This document shows, piece after piece, positions 24,701 to 39,400 of a stretch of 64,000 bases of DNA. The stretch lies in NCBI RefSeq assembly GCF_009914755.1, contig NC_060935.1. One strand, given 5' to 3'. The stretch comes from the human T2T-CHM13v2.0 reference genome, Homo sapiens. The translations under genes and the position numbers were made by a program. The notes beneath the pieces were generated by a model. That model worked only from the letters and a program-made list of their open reading frames with translations, did no database searches and was not told where the DNA came from. Every line of letters starts with the position of its first letter. Positions within the stretch are counted from its first letter, which is position 1.

Positions 24701-26560
24701 CTCAGGATAGAAAATCAATGTGCAAAAATCACAAGCATTCTTATGCACCAATAACAGACAAACGGAGAGCCAAATCATGAGTGAAATCACATTCACAATT
24801 GCTTCAAAGAGAATAAAATACCTAGGAATCCAACTTACAAGGGATGTGAAGGACCTCTTCAAGGAGAACTATGAACCACTGCTCAACAAAATAAAAGAGG
24901 ACACCAACAAATGGAAGAACATTCTATGCTCATGGATAGGAAGAATTAATATCATGAAAATGCCCATACTGCCCATGGTAATTTATAGATTCAATGCCAT
25001 CCCCGTCAAGCTACCAATGACTTTCTTCACAGAATTGGAAAAAACTACTTTAAAGTTCATATGGAACAAAAAAAAAAAAGCCCGCATTGCCAAGTCAATC
25101 CTAAGCCAAAAGAACAAAGCTGGAGCCATCATGCTACCTGACTTCAAACTATACTACAAGGCTACAGTAACCAAACAGCATGGTACTGGTACCAAAACAG
25201 AGATATAGACCAATGGAACAGAACAGAGCCCTCAGAGATAATACCACACTTCTACAACCATTGGATCTTTGACAAACCTGACAAAAACAAGAAATGGGGA
25301 AAGGATTCCCTTTTTAATAAATGATGCTGGGAAAACTGGCTAATCATATGTAGAAAGCTGAAACTGGATCCCTTCCTTACACCTTATACAAAAATTAATT
25401 CAAGATGGATCAAACACTTAAATGTTAGACCTAAAACCATAAAAACCCTAGAAGAAAACCTAGCAATACCATTCAGGACATAGGCACAGGCAAGGACTTC
25501 ATGTCTAAAACACCAAAAGCAATGGCAACAAAAGCCAAAACTGACAAATGGGATCTAATTAAACTAAAGAGCTTCTGCACAGCAGAAGAAACTATCATCA
25601 GAGTGAACAGACAACCTAGAGAATGGGAGAAAATTTTTGCAACCTATTCATCTGACAAAGGGCTACTATCCAGAATCTACAAAGAACTCAAACAAATTTA
25701 CAAGAAAAAAACAAACAACCCCATCAAAATGTGGGCAAAGGATGTGAACAGACCTTTCTCAAAAGAAGACATTTATGCAGCCAACAGACACATGAAAAAA
25801 TGCTCATCATCATGGGCCATCAGAGAAATGCAAATCAAAACCACAATGAGATACCATCTCACACCAGTTAGAATGGTGATCATTAAAAATTCAAGAAACA
25901 ACAGGTGCTGGAGAGGATGTGGAGAAATAGGAACACTTTTACACTGTTGGTGGGGCTGTAAACTAGTTGAACCATTGTGGAAGACAGTGTGGCGATTCCT
26001 TAAGGATCTAGAACTAGAAATACCATTTGATCCAGCCATCCCATTACTGGGTATATACCCAAAGGATTATAAATCATGCTGCTATAAAGACACATGCACA
26101 CGTATGTTTATTGAGGCACTATTCACAATAGCAAAGACTTGGAACCAACCCAAATGTCCATCAATGATAGACTGGATTAAGAAAATGTGGCACATATACA
26201 CCATGGTATACTATGTAGCCATAAAAAATGATAAGTTCATGTCCTTTGTAGGGACATGGATGAAGCTGGAAACCATCATTCTCAGCAAACTATCACAAGG
26301 ACAAAAAACCAAACACCACATGTTCTCACTCATAGGTGGAAATTGAACAATGAGAACACTTGGACACAGGAAGGGGAACATCACTCACCGGGGCCTGTCG
26401 TGGGGTGGGGGTAGAGGAGAGGGATAGCATTAGGAGATATACCTAATGTAAATGACAAGTTAATAGGTGCAGCACACCAACATGGCACATGTATACATAT
26501 GTAACAAACCTGCACGATGTGCACATGTACCCTAGAACTTAAAGTATAATAGTAATAAAT
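21777..26560 (+). mobile_element. L1PA (about PA4-6) with 5'UTR, ORF1, internally deleted ORF2 and 3'UTR; inactive
   Basis: 5' end ccaagatgggcgaataggaac. ORF1 22795-23811 has stops. ORF2 23874-26346 is fragmented. TSD GAAATGTTG (21768-21776, 26561-26569). Confidence 0.95.
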
Positions 26561-28302
26561 GAAATGTTGATGGTAAGAATATGGGTAGAGAAAACTTTTA
26601 TTTGGGTAGATGTTAGAAGCTGAGGCCTGGGTGCGGTTATAAAAGCAATATTAAGTATGAGGAGAAGGAGGCCCTGAACTAAGGTCATTGCAAGTGAATG
26701 GAGTAGGGAATAGATAGGAGAGGTATTTTGGACAAAGATGTGGCAGCTGATAGGTGTGGGAGTTGTTCTCATGTACCAGCCCAGTCTACAAAGTTCTCAG
26801 GGCAAATGGAACACAAGTTTTTTCTGCAGGAAGTGATACAGCATGGTAGATCTTGAATTGAGACTTCTAAAATCTTTACTAAAACTTTAAAGGAGAATAC
26901 AATAGTAAAACACAGGGTATGGACAATTTTAGTTGACAGGTGATAAACAGAAAAGACATATCTTGGAGGTGGGGGGAAAAAAAAGACCAGTTTTTTTTGA
27001 CAACTGCAAGAACAGCAGAGTTAAACAGGGGATAGGCTCATGTCAGAGATCCAGTTCTATTTACTAAAATTTCCTTGAGTATTCAAGCATTCTGAAATTC
27101 TGAGATCTTGCAAAAGGATGCCTTTGTTTAAACTTTCCTTCATCTAGCTACAGAACATAGTTGAACTTTGAGGCCTTTGACCCCAGACAAGACAAAACAT
27201 CTTTCACCTTGCCTATTGCTTAACACATATTTGTTAACTATTTAACCTTCATGGATAAAAAATTTCAAACATCTGTATTAACTAATTTGCTAATGATTGT
27301 TTCAAATATCTGATCCATGGGTTTCTTCTTACATTAGTTAAATTTGTTGTAAGTTCTTTACATTTTTAATTATCTTATATCATTGGATATAATTGCTAAA
27401 TCTCTATATGACATGTTGATTAATATAAAGTCAATTAAAAAAACTAACATGTTAAATATTGTTCTTACATAATGCCAGGTATAACGCTATGCATTTTTAT
27501 ATATATTGCATTGTGTAATCTAATTCCTCTGGAAAACATGCATTCTAATTTCTGGCTCCAAAGCTGTGAGAAAACACTTTGAGTTCTGATTGATTAAGCA
27601 ACCTAACAAAGAAGTAGGAGACATAATTAAAATTTGAAACCAGCCTAAGCTTTGAAACTATGAGTGGTGATGATTACCTTCTCCAAGTTATTATTAAATT
27701 AACGGCACATTTCTGAGAATTGTGAATGTTATTTCAATGGAAGTTTACAGATATGTGTCAAAATTTTTTCATCATTTTTAAAAAAAATTTGTAATGAAAT
27801 GAGAAAAGATCCAAAATGGCCATAGGTCTAAAATATTTTGCCCTCAGAAACTAAAGAAAATCGTTGCCACATCCTGCTCTAAGTTTTTCAGCCATAACTA
27901 TTCTTAGATGGCTGATATTTTCTATTCCACATGGAAAAAGACTTCTCAGGCATTTGATGACCAGACGACAGGGAAAAAGTTATGATGTTGGTGGTGGAAT
28001 GTTCTGCTACAGGCATTTGAGAACCTCACAGAACTCTTAATATTCACTTTTAATTCATTCCACCAGGGAGGAAGGGTATGTGTTTTGGAGCCATTCATAT
28101 ATGGTTTCAAAATTTGACTCTGGCATTTACCTCTGTAAGAACTTGAGGAATTTACTTGGTCTCTCTGAGCTTTGGTATGTTTAGAATGAGGATGATACTA
28201 ACAGATTCTACATCATGATTGTTACTTGAATGAAGAAATATAAAGTGCATTTTAAATTCATTTGGTCCCTTAACATTGTCCCTTCCCTTGTTATCTTTTC
28301 AG

Positions 28303-28422
28303 AGTTTCTTCTTGAATGGCTCAAGGACTGAAGCATCCCACAAAATGATTCTACTGAATAACTCCCAGAAGCTGCTGGTTCTATACAAACCCTTGGCCTG
28401 GAGCATACCTGAGTCCCTGAAG
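28303..28422 (+). pseudogene. GLYATL1-like pseudogene, first coding exon (ATG at 28345)
   Basis: Acceptor atcttttcag, translation MILLNNSQKLLVLYKPLAWSIPESLK, donor AAG|gtgagg. Confidence 0.9.
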
Positions 28423-28829
28423 GTGAGGGAACAGTGAGAGAGTCAGAGGCTTTGTGCATGTTTCTTTACCTTTCTGTGCCTTTACCTTCGTTCTTTTCAT
28501 CAAGGAAATAGGAATAATATTAGCGCCTACCTCTTAAAGTTTTTGTGGACACTAAATAAATCCATACAATGTAAGTGCTAAGAGCATTGCCAAGTGCCCA
28601 GCTAGTGCACAGTAGCTCTTTGGTATCAGAAGGACACCTACCTGTGAGTTCTGCCTACTTGATGGTGACTTCATGTCAATCAGAAGGGTCCTAGAGATGC
28701 TGCTGATCTCACCATCACTGACTTGGTCACAGTACTGTCTGTTGACTTTTGTTTTTCTCTTTCTCTTCACATCCAGATCTCCATCTCTGAGGATCCCAGG
28801 CTCTCCTAGTCTTTCCATCCCTCCTTCAG

Positions 28830-28937
28830 GTGTATGGCTCTGTGTACCACATAAATCACAGGAACCCCTTCAATATGGAGGTGCTAGTGGACTCCTGGCC
28901 TGAGTATCAGATGGTTATTATCCAGCCTCAAAAGCAG
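28830..28937 (+). pseudogene. GLYATL1-like pseudogene, second coding exon (108 nt)
   Basis: Acceptor ctccttcag, translation VYGSVYHINHRNPFNMEVLVDSWPEYQMVIIQPQKQ, donor CAG|gtaggc. Confidence 0.92.
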
Positions 28938-29329
28938 GTAGGCACACAGATAGGGACGGGTGGAGCCAGGTTGGTCCAAAGGGCCTAAGGAACTGACCAG
29001 TTGAGACACCAGGGCTGCTTTTATAGAGTGAAAGAAAATGTGAGTATTTTAAAAGACTCCTTAAGTACTTCGCACCTTGCAAGAGTGCCATGTGTTCCCA
29101 CCCTTCCTGTAAAGCATAAGACTCATCTAGGAAAAGGGGTGGAGGGGGTAGAGGAAGAAAATGATAAGGCTGACACTCACAGACTAAGGGCCTTTTGAGG
29201 TGGCAGGGGTCACCTGCAGGGGCTGAGAGGAGGCAAATTGACAGGGAAAGTTGGGTGTCTGAGATATCAGAACAGTGACTTAGAAACAAAAACCAAAGCA
29301 GAAGTCTACCAGTAAAAATTTCCTCTCAG

Positions 29330-29651
29330 GGCCAGGCATGATGTCTTCTTCCTGTAATCCCAGCACTTCAGGAGGCCAAGGCAGGAGGATCACTTGAGCC
29401 CAGGAATTTGAGACCCACCTCTGCAACATAGTGAGACCTCATCTCCACACACACACAAAAATAAATAAAAAATAAACAAAATTAGCAGGGCATGGTAGTG
29501 CATGTTTATTCTCCTAGCTGCTCAGGAGGCTGAGGTGGGAGGATGACTTGAGCCCCAGAAAGTCAAGGCTGCAGTGAGCCAACATCACACCGCTGTACTC
29601 CAGCCTGGGCAACAGAGTGAGACTCTGTCTTAAACAAACAAACAAAAAAAC
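29330..29651 (+). mobile_element. AluJ
   Basis: AluJ-diagnostic ggaggatcacttgagcccagg in both arms, with an (AAAC)n tail. Confidence 0.9.
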
Positions 29652-31025
29652 AAGAACCAGGAGGTTACTTTGCAGGAACCAGAGAAGGGAATCATAATTA
29701 CTGTGTGTCAACTATTTGGAAGCAATTGTCTTGTTAGTGACTTATCATTAGAACAATCTAACGAAGTGACCATTAATGTCTCCAATTTAGAGATAAGGAA
29801 ATGACACTGAGAAATATTAAGTCATGTAGCTGCTGGATACCAGACGTTAAAGCATTGCCCAATCTGAATTAAAGTTCAAAGGACTGACGGTAACCATAGG
29901 CCCTTCTCTGAGTTTCATCATGTGTTAAAATGGGAAAAATAACAGGACCTTCTTCAGAGGATTACAAGACGTTTAAATGAGATATTGTACATCAAAGACT
30001 TAGTACATAGCACATGATTTTAAATAGTATTTACCATAATTAGCCATTATGGTAATTGGAATAAACTATTAAGCTGAAATAAGGAATAAACTATTAAGCT
30101 GAAATAGTAATACAAACCTGGGTCTATTTTTTTGCCCTAAAGACTTCCCCTTTTTGTATGCATTTTATGCACATCTGGTTAGTGAACTGAAGCCTCATTG
30201 CCAGCCCAACTTCATGCGAGTATAGGCGCTGAGCCTCCAAATAGTAATAAGCCACCCGAATTCAAGACTAGCGTGCAAACTGGGTCAGGATTGGAATGCA
30301 GAAAGTGACAAAGTGACCCTAGATTGAGGAACAAAGGGGTAAAGGGGGTGAGAGCCAGGCTGAGCCTAACACCTTCCCTAAGGATGTTCTTTTGATTTCC
30401 TGGCTTCCTGACAATTTCGGATTGAAGATGAATGCTTAGTTTATTTAATCCATGGTCCAAGTTCTTCAAAGTGTGATATGCTAAATAATTGTAGGAAGCC
30501 AAATAGTTCTTTTTACTTCACTAACTTTGTATTTATTATGTGTATTTTAGCATCGTAACTATAGCATCAAACCATAACTTCATATATGCATTGCTTTGAA
30601 CAAGGCTAGTTTTTATAAAGTGAGTCAATATACAAAAATATTGAAATATAAAAGTTCCACAGGACACATATATGACCAAAAAAAAAGGAAAGATTGAAAT
30701 ATGCTGCAATTTACTTTGAATTACATTCACCTTGTCTGATTCCATAGTATACCATGTTTTGTGCAGTGTTGAAAGTCAATTTGATCTTGAATAATAACTT
30801 TTTAGGGTGAGAAACAGAATTTATCTAGAAAAAAATATTTTTTTTGTTGGTTTTTAATCACAATGATAATATATGCTGATTATACAAGGGAAAAATTTAA
30901 CATGATTTTAAGAAGTTAATAACCTCTCACTTCCCCTCCCCTCCTCTCCTCATTTCCTACCCTTTGGGGTAATCAATGTCCTTGTGCATATTAACATACA
31001 CTGATGATCTCTCCTGTCGTCACTT

Positions 31026-31452
31026 TATTTATTTATTTATTTATTATACTTTAAGTTTTAGGGTACATGTGCACAATGTGCAGGTTAGTTACATAGGTAT
31101 ACATGTGCCATGCTGGTGTGCTGCACTCATTAACTTCTCATTTAACATTAGGTATATCTCCTAATGCTATCCCTACCCCCACCCCCACCCCACAACAGGC
31201 CCCAGTGTGTGATGTTCCCCTTCCTGTGTCCATGTGTTCTCATTGTTCAATTCCCACCTATGAGTGACAACACGCGGTGTTTGGTTTCTTGTGCCTGTGA
31301 TAGTTTGCTGAGAATGATGGTTTCCAGCTTCATCCATGTCCCAACAAAGGACATGAACTAGTTCAACCATTGTGGAAGTCAGTGTGGTGATTCCTCAGGG
31401 CTCTAGAACTAGAAATACCATTTGACCCAGCCATGCCATTACTGGGAATATA
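31026..31452. mobile_element. Short L1PA insertion with 5' inversion (twin priming)
   Basis: Minus-strand 3' end (31026 to about 31359) joined to a plus-strand ORF2 piece (about 31356-31452). 14-bp TSD tcctgtc(g/a)tcactt at 31012-31025 and 31453-31466. Confidence 0.9.
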
Positions 31453-33462
31453 TCCTGTCATCACTTGTTAATTTGCCTTTGACATATGGGCATCCCTTTG
31501 GGAAAATCAATACAGAACTAATATATTCGTTTTAACAACTGTGGCATTCCACAGAGCCAATGCAATGCTATTTAGTCACTCTTTCTTCTGCTGTTGGGTT
31601 CAAATTTTTCACACTTTGTTGCAAGTACAAACAATGCTTCAAAAAATGTCCTCTTATATATGTCTTTACATCCTGGAAACTTTTCTCAATACAATTGATT
31701 TCCAAAAGGGATGTCTCCAAGTCAGAATTTATTTTATCATAAGTAAGCCCTGCCAGATTACCTTCCCAAAGGATTCCAGTTTTATTTCCATTAGCAATGT
31801 GTGGAAGAATTGTTTCCCCACATTCTCACCGGCACTGAATGTTTTCCCTCTTTTAACTTATGCCAAACTGGTGAGTGAAAGTTGGCATCTTATTGTAGAT
31901 TTAATTTGCATTTCCATGACTAGTGATAGTCAACATATTGTATTTTCATATGTTTATCAGTAATTTGGGGTTTACTTCTGAACGGTTTGTATTGTTTCAC
32001 CATGTTTACACTGGGGTTTTATGTCATTCTTAAAATTCTGTAAGTGTTTTTGATACTAGGGATACTAACACAAGGCGTATGCTACAAATTTATTGCCCAA
32101 TTTAGAATTATTTTCTATTTTATTGATGGAGATTTTGACATGAAGAAATTTTTAACTTTCCTGTAATCAAATATGTTATATTTTTCACTATGACTTCAGA
32201 GGTTTTGTTTTCTTTAGTTAATAATTAGGAAGATTTTTCCTACTCCAAGATCATGCAAGTGTTTTCTTATTTTGTCTTACAGTGAGTTAATTTTTACTTT
32301 TGACATTTCAATCTTCATTCTATTTAAAATATGTTTTTGAATAGCATGAAATAACATTCTTTTATATTTTTCTTCCTTATGGCTGGCTAATTATGTTATT
32401 ACTATTTATTAAATAAGTCATTCCACTACTGAAACATAAATGTCTATGTTGTCATATCACCTTTACATATTTTTGTATCTATTTCTGTATTTGTTTCTAG
32501 TCTTTTCTTATGCTATTTCATTGTTTTGTGGTAAATTTTAATATCTAATAAAGCAAATCACCCTTCACCAATACTTTTCTTACTTTCCTATTTCTTATAC
32601 ACTTAAGAGCCATATGAACAATAACTAATTTTCCCAGTTCCCCACCAACTACCCCAACTAACTATTGCAATTGTGGTTAGTATTGTCTAAAAGACGATTG
32701 TGGAAAGATTACTATTTTTGCGGTACTACATCTTGTCATCTAGAAATATGGTCTTTTTCTCACTTTTTTCAGTTTCTGTTCTATGCCATCTTGTAAAATT
32801 TAAGTGTTTTCCTGTAGTAAACTACATGATTTTCCATTAAGTTTACTTTTCGGTATTTTATATTATTTGTTAAGATTATTAAATTATTTTTCCTTTTCTA
32901 TTTCTGAGAATTATTATTTTGTTATTGTTTTTCATTTGTATTTTTGATTTCCAAATATGTCACACTATTCTTTAAAATCCTGTTTGTGTAGGGTATTATT
33001 TGGTTTTGTTTTTTGTCAAAGTCTCTTGGATTTTCTCAATGCATAATACTGTAATGTACAAACAAAGTTATTTGCTGCTTCTTTGCCAATATTTGTAAGG
33101 GTTTTTAGTTTCTTGACTTATTGCATAATTTACAACCTAAGGAAACAATACCAACTAACAATAATAATATTTTTATACTTGTCTCATTCCTGATTTTAAT
33201 AAAATAGCTATAACAACATATATGTAGAATTGCATTTGATTCTGTCTTTACATGTTTAGAGCATTTTCCTCTTGTTCCTACTTTCATAGAACTTATATTT
33301 ATAATGGAGAGTAAATTTTATATTCTTTCATTTTTGTCTTTTCTATTTGGCAACTTATATACTCATGTAATTTTTCCTCCTTTAATTTATCACACTAAAA
33401 GATCTTCCAATCAAAGCCATTCAAGCCTTTCTAAAACAAACTGTTCCTGTTCACATTTTTTT

Positions 33463-36400
33463 ACCTTTTTTTTAATTGTACTTTAAGTTCTACGGTACAT
33501 GTGCACAACGTGCAGGTTTGTTACATAGGTATACATGTGCCATGTTGGCTTGCCGCACCCATCAACTTGTCATTTACTTTAGGTATTTCTCCTAATTCTA
33601 CTCCTCCCCCAGCCCCCCAGTCACCCACCCCCTGAAAGGCCCTGATGTTCCCCATCCTGTGTCCAAGTGTTCTCATTGTTCAATTCCCACCTAGGAGTGA
33701 GAACATGCAGTGTTTTTTTTCTGTCCTTGTGATTGTTTGCTGAGAATGATGGTTTCCAGCTTCATCCATGTCCCTGCAAAGGCCATGAACTCATTCTTTT
33801 TTATGGCTGCATAGTATTCCATGGTGTATATATGCTACATTTTCTTAATCCGGTCTATCATTGATGGACATTTGAGTTGGTTCCAAGTCTTTGCCATTGT
33901 GAATATTGCCGCAATAAACATACATGTGCATGTGTCTTTATAGTAGCATGATTTATAATCCTTTGAGTATATACCCAGTTATGGCATCGCTGGGTCAAAT
34001 GGTATTTCTAGTTCTCGATCTTTGAGAAATCACCAAACTGTCTTTCATAATGGTTGAACTAATTTACACTCCCACCCACAGTGTAAAAGCATTTATATTT
34101 TTCCACAGCCTCTTCAGCATCTGTTGTTTCCTGACTTTTTAATGATCACCATTCTAAATGGAGTGAGATGGTATCGCATCGTGGTTTTGATTTACATTTC
34201 TCTAATGACCAGTGATAATGAGCATTTTTTCATGTGTCTGTTGGCTGCATAAATACCTTCTTTGGAGAAGTGTCTGTTCAAATCTTTTGCCCAATTTTGA
34301 TGGGGTTTTTTTTTCTTTTAAATTGGTTTAAGTTCCTCATAGATTCTGGATATTAGCCCTTTATCAGATGGGTAGATTGCAAAAATTTTCTCCCATTCTG
34401 TAGGTTGCTTGTTCACTCTGATGATAGTTTCTTTTGCTGTGCAGAAGCTCTTTAGTTTAATTAGATCCCATTTGTCTGTTTTGGCTTTTGTTGCCATTGT
34501 TTTTTTGTTTTAGTCATGAAGTCTTTGCCCATGCCTATGTCCTGAATGGTATTGGCTATGTTTTCTTCTAAGGTTTGTATGCTATTAGGTCTTACATTTA
34601 AGTCTTTAAACCATCTTGAGTTAATTTTTGTATAAGGTGTAAGGAAGGGATCCACGTTCAGCTTCCTACATATGGCTAGCCAGTTTTCCCACCACCATTT
34701 ATGAAATAGGGAATAGTTTCCCCATTTGTTGTCTTTGTAAGGTTTGTCAAAGATCAGATGGTTGAGATGTGTGGTGTTATTCCTGAGGCTAGGGTTTTGT
34801 TCCATTGGTCTGTATATCTGTTTTGGTACCACGCTGCTTTGATTACTGCAGCCTTGTAGTATTGTTTGAAATTAGGCAGCATGATGCCTCCAGCTTTGTT
34901 CTTTTTGCTTAGGATTGTCTTGGCTATTCTTGCTCCTTTTTGGTTCCATATGAACTTCAGAGTAGTTTTTTCCAATTCAGTGAAGAAAGTCTTTTGTTCC
35001 TTGATGTGGATGGCACTGACTCTATAAATCACCTTAGGCAGTATGGCCATTTTCACAATATTGATTCTTTCTATCCATGGTCATGGAATGTTCTTCCATT
35101 TGTTTGTGTTATCTTTTATTTCATGGAGCAGTGATTTGTAGTTCTTGAAGAGGTCCTTCACATCCCTTGTAAGTTGGATTTCAAGGTATTTTATTCTCTT
35201 TGTAGCAATTGTGATTGGGAGTTCACCCATGATTTGGCTCTCTGTTTGCCTCTTATTGGTGTAGAGGAATACTTGTGAGTTTTGCACATTGATTTTGTAC
35301 CCTGAGACTTTGCTGAAGTTGCTTATCTGCTTAAGGAGATTTTGGGCTGAGACGATGGGGTTTTCTAAATATACAATCATGTCATCTGCAAACAGGGACA
35401 ATTCGACTTCCTTTTTTCCTAATCGAATACCTTTCATTTCTTTCTCTTGCCTGATTGCCCTGGCCAGAACTTCCAACACTATGTTAAATAGGAGTGGTGA
35501 GAAAGAACACCCTTGTCTTGTGTTGGTTTCCAAATGGAATGCTTCCAATTTTTGCCCGTTCAGTATGATATTGGCTCTGGGTTTGTCATAAATAGCTCTT
35601 ATTATTTAGAGATACATTCGATCAATACCTAGTATATTGAGAGTTTTTATCATGAAAGGCTGTTGAATTTTGTTGAAGGCCATTTCTGTATCTATTGAGA
35701 TAATCATGAGATTTTTGTCTTTGGTTCTGTTTATGTGATGGATTATGTATATTGATTTGCATATGTTCAACCAGCCTTACATCCAAAGTATGAAGCCGAC
35801 TTGATCGTGGTGGATTAGCTTTTTAGTGTGCTGCTGGATTCGGTTCGCCAGTATTTTATTGAGGATATTTGCAGCGATGTTCATCAGGGATATTGGTCTA
35901 AAATTCTCTTTATTTGTTGTGTCTCTGCCAGGCTTTGGTGTCAGGATGATGCTGGCCTCATAAAATGAGTTAGGGAGGATTCCCTCTTTTTCTATTGATT
36001 GGAATAGTTTCAGAAAGAATAGTACCAGATCCTCTTTGTACTTCTTGTAGCATTCGGCTGTGAATCCCTCTGGTCCTGGACTTTTTTTGTTGGTAGGCTA
36101 TTAATTATTGCCTCAATTTGAGAACCTGTTATTGGTCAATTCAGAGATACAACTTCTTCCTGGTTTAGTCTTGGGAGGGTGTATGGTTCCAGCAATATAT
36201 GGATTTCTTCTAGATTTTGTATTTTATTTGCATAGAGGTGTTTATAGTATTCTCTGATGGTAGTTTCTATTTGTAGGATTGGTGGTGATATCCCCTTTTT
36301 GATTTTTTATTGCATCTGTTTGATTCTTCTCTCTTTTCTTGCTGGCGTTCTATCAATTTTGTTGATCATTTCAAAAAACCAGCTCCTAGATTCATTGATT

Positions 36401-39400
36401 TTTTTGAACGGTTTTTTGGGTCACTGTCTCCTTCAGTTCTGCGCTGATCTTAGTTATTTCTTCCCTTCTGCTAGCTTTTGAATTTGTTTCCTCTTGCTTC
36501 TCTAGTTCTTTTAGTTGTGATGTTAGGGTGTTGACTTTAGATCTTTCCTACTTTCTCTTGTGGACATTTGGTGCTATAAATTTCCCTCCACACACTACTT
36601 TAAATGTGTCCCAGAGCTTCTGGTACATTGTTTCCTTGTTCTCATTGATTTCAAAGAACATCTTTATTTCTGCCTTCATTTCATTATTTACCCAGTAGTC
36701 ATTCAGGAAAAGGTTTTTCAGTTTCCATGTAGTTGTGCAGTTTTGAGTGAATTTCTTAATCCTGAGTTCTAATTTGATTGCACTGTGGTCTGAGAGACAG
36801 TTTGTTGTGATTTCTATTCTTTTACATTTGCTGAGGAGTGTTTTATTTCCAATTATGTGGTCAATTTTAGAATGAGTGCGATGTGATGAGAAGAATGTAT
36901 ATTCTGTTGATTTGGGGTAGAGAGTTCTGTAGATGTCTATTAGGTCCACTTGGTGCAGAGCTGAGTTCAAATCCTGGATATCCTTGTTAACTTTCTGTCT
37001 CATTGATCTGTCTAATGTTGACAGTGGGGTGTTAAAGTCTCCCATTATTATTGTGTGGGAGTCTAAGTCTCTTTTTAGGACTCTAAGGACTTGCTTTATC
37101 AATCTGGGAGTTCCTGTGTTGGGTGCATATATATTTAGGAGAGTTAGCTCTCCTTGTTGAGTTGATCCCTTTACCATTATGTAATAGCCTTCTTTGTCTC
37201 TTTTGATCTTTGTTGGTTGAAAGTCTGTTTTATCAGAGACTAGGATTGCAAGCCCTGCTTTTTGTTGTTTTCCATTTGCTTGGTAGATCTTCCTCCATCC
37301 ATTTATTTTGAGGCTATGTGTGTCTCTGCATGTGAGATGGGTCTCCTGAATACAGCAGATTGATGAGTCTTGATTCTTTATCCAATTTTCCAGTCTGTGT
37401 CTTTTAATTGGGACATTTAGCCCATTTACATTTAAGGGTAATATTGTTATGTGTGAAATTGATCCTGCCATTATAATGTTAGCTGGTTAATTTGCCCACT
37501 ACTTGATGCAGTTTCTTTATAGCATCAATGGTCTTTATAATTGGGCACGTTTTTTTCTGTGGCTGGTACCAGTTTTTCCTTTCCATGTTTAGTGCTTCCC
37601 TCAGGAACTCTTAGGCCTTGTGGTAACAAAATCTCTTAGCATTTGCTTGTCTGTAAATGATTTTATTTCTCTTTCACTTATGAAGCTTAGTTTGGCTGGA
37701 TATGAAATTCCAAGTTGAAAATTCTTTTCTTTAAGAATGTTGAATATTGGCCCCTACTCTCTTCTGGTTTGTAGGTTTTCTGCTGAGAGATCCGCTGGTA
37801 GTCTGATGGGCTTCCCTTTGTGGGTAATCCAACCTTTCTCTCTGGCTTCCCTTAACATTTTTTCTCATTTCAATCTTGGTGAATCTGACAATCATGTGTC
37901 TTGAGGTTGCTCTTCTCAAGGTTGCTCTTCTCAAGGAGTATCTTTGTAGTGTTCTCTGTATTTCCTGAATTTGGATGTTGGCTTGCCTTTCTAGGTTGGG
38001 GAAGTTCTCCTAGATAATATCGTGAAGAGTGTTTTCTAACTTGGCTCCATTCCCCCCGTCACTTTCAGATACACCAATCAAACGTACATTTGGTCTTTTC
38101 ACATAGTCTCATATTTATTGGAGGCTTGTTTGTTTCTTTTTACTCTCTTCTCTCACTTTGTCTTCTCACTTTATTTCATTAATTTGATCTTCAATCACTG
38201 ATATCCTTTCTTCCACTTGATTAAATTGGCTATTGAAGCTTGTGAATGCATCAAGAAATTCTCGTGCCAAGGTTTTCAGCTCCATCAGGTCATTTAATGT
38301 CTTCTCTACACTCTTTATTCTAGTTAGCCATTCGTCTAACTTTTTTTAAATGTTCTTAGCTTCATTTCAATGGGTTAGAAGATGCTCCTTTAGCTCGGAG
38401 AAGTTTATTATTACCGACCTTCTGAAGCCTACTTCTGTCAACTCGTCAAAGTCATTCTCCGTCCAGTTTTGTTCCATTGCTGGCAAGAAGCTGCAATCCT
38501 TTGGAGGTGAAGAGGTGCTCCAGATTTTGGAATTTTCAGCTTTTCTTTTCTGGTTTCTCCCCATCTTTGTGGTTTTATCTACCTTTGGTCTTTGATGTTG
38601 GTGATCTACGATGGGGTTTTGCTGTGGATGTCCTTTTTGTTGATGTTGATGCTATTCCTTTCTGTTGTTAGTTTTCCTTCTAAAAGTCAGGCCTCTCAGC
38701 TGCATGTCTGTTGGAGTTTGCTGGTAGTCCCTCTATACCCTTTTTGCCTGGGTATCACCAGTGGAGCTGGCAGAACAGCAAATAGTGTAGAACAGCAAAT
38801 ATTGCTGCCTGATCCTTCCTCTGAAAGCTTCATCCCAGAGGGGCAACCTCCTGTATGAGGTGTCTGTCAGCCCCTACTGGGAGGTGTCTCCCAGTCAGGC
38901 TACATGGGGGTCAGGGACCCACTTTATGAGGCAGTCTGTCTGTTTTCAGAGCTCAAACACCATGCTGGAAGAATCACTGCTCTCTTCAAAGCTGTCAGAG
39001 ACATTTAAGTCTGCAGAAGTTGTCTGCTGACTTTTATTCAGCTACGCCCTGCCCACAGAGGTGGAGTCTATAGAGGACGTAGGCCTTGTTGAGCTGCGGT
39101 GGGATCCGCCCAGTTGAAGCTACTTGGCCACTTTGTTTACCTACTCAAGCCTCAGCAATGGCGGATGCACCTCCTCCTGTCAGACTGCAGCCTTGCAGGT
39201 TGATCTCAGACTACTGCACTGGCAGTGAGAAAGGCTCCATTGGTGTGAGACCTGCTGAGGCAGGCACGGGAGGGAATCTCAAGGACTGCTGGTTGCTAAG
39301 ACTGTCAAAAAGTGCAGCATTTGGGCAGAAGTGTACCATTTTCCCAGGTGGAGTCTGTCATGGCTTCCCTTGGCTAGGAAACAGAAATACCCCAACCCCT

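Noticed and set aside
25501-26346. 281-aa ORF
   Set aside because: C-terminus of L1 ORF2 from a disabled element.
36548-37471. 307-aa intact endonuclease ORF as a domesticated gene
   Set aside because: L1 ORF2 N-terminus. An open stretch of this length is unremarkable in an L1PA copy, and the rest of the element is disrupted.
37905-37934. 15-bp tandem duplication in L1 ORF1
   Set aside because: Ordinary slippage in a dead element.
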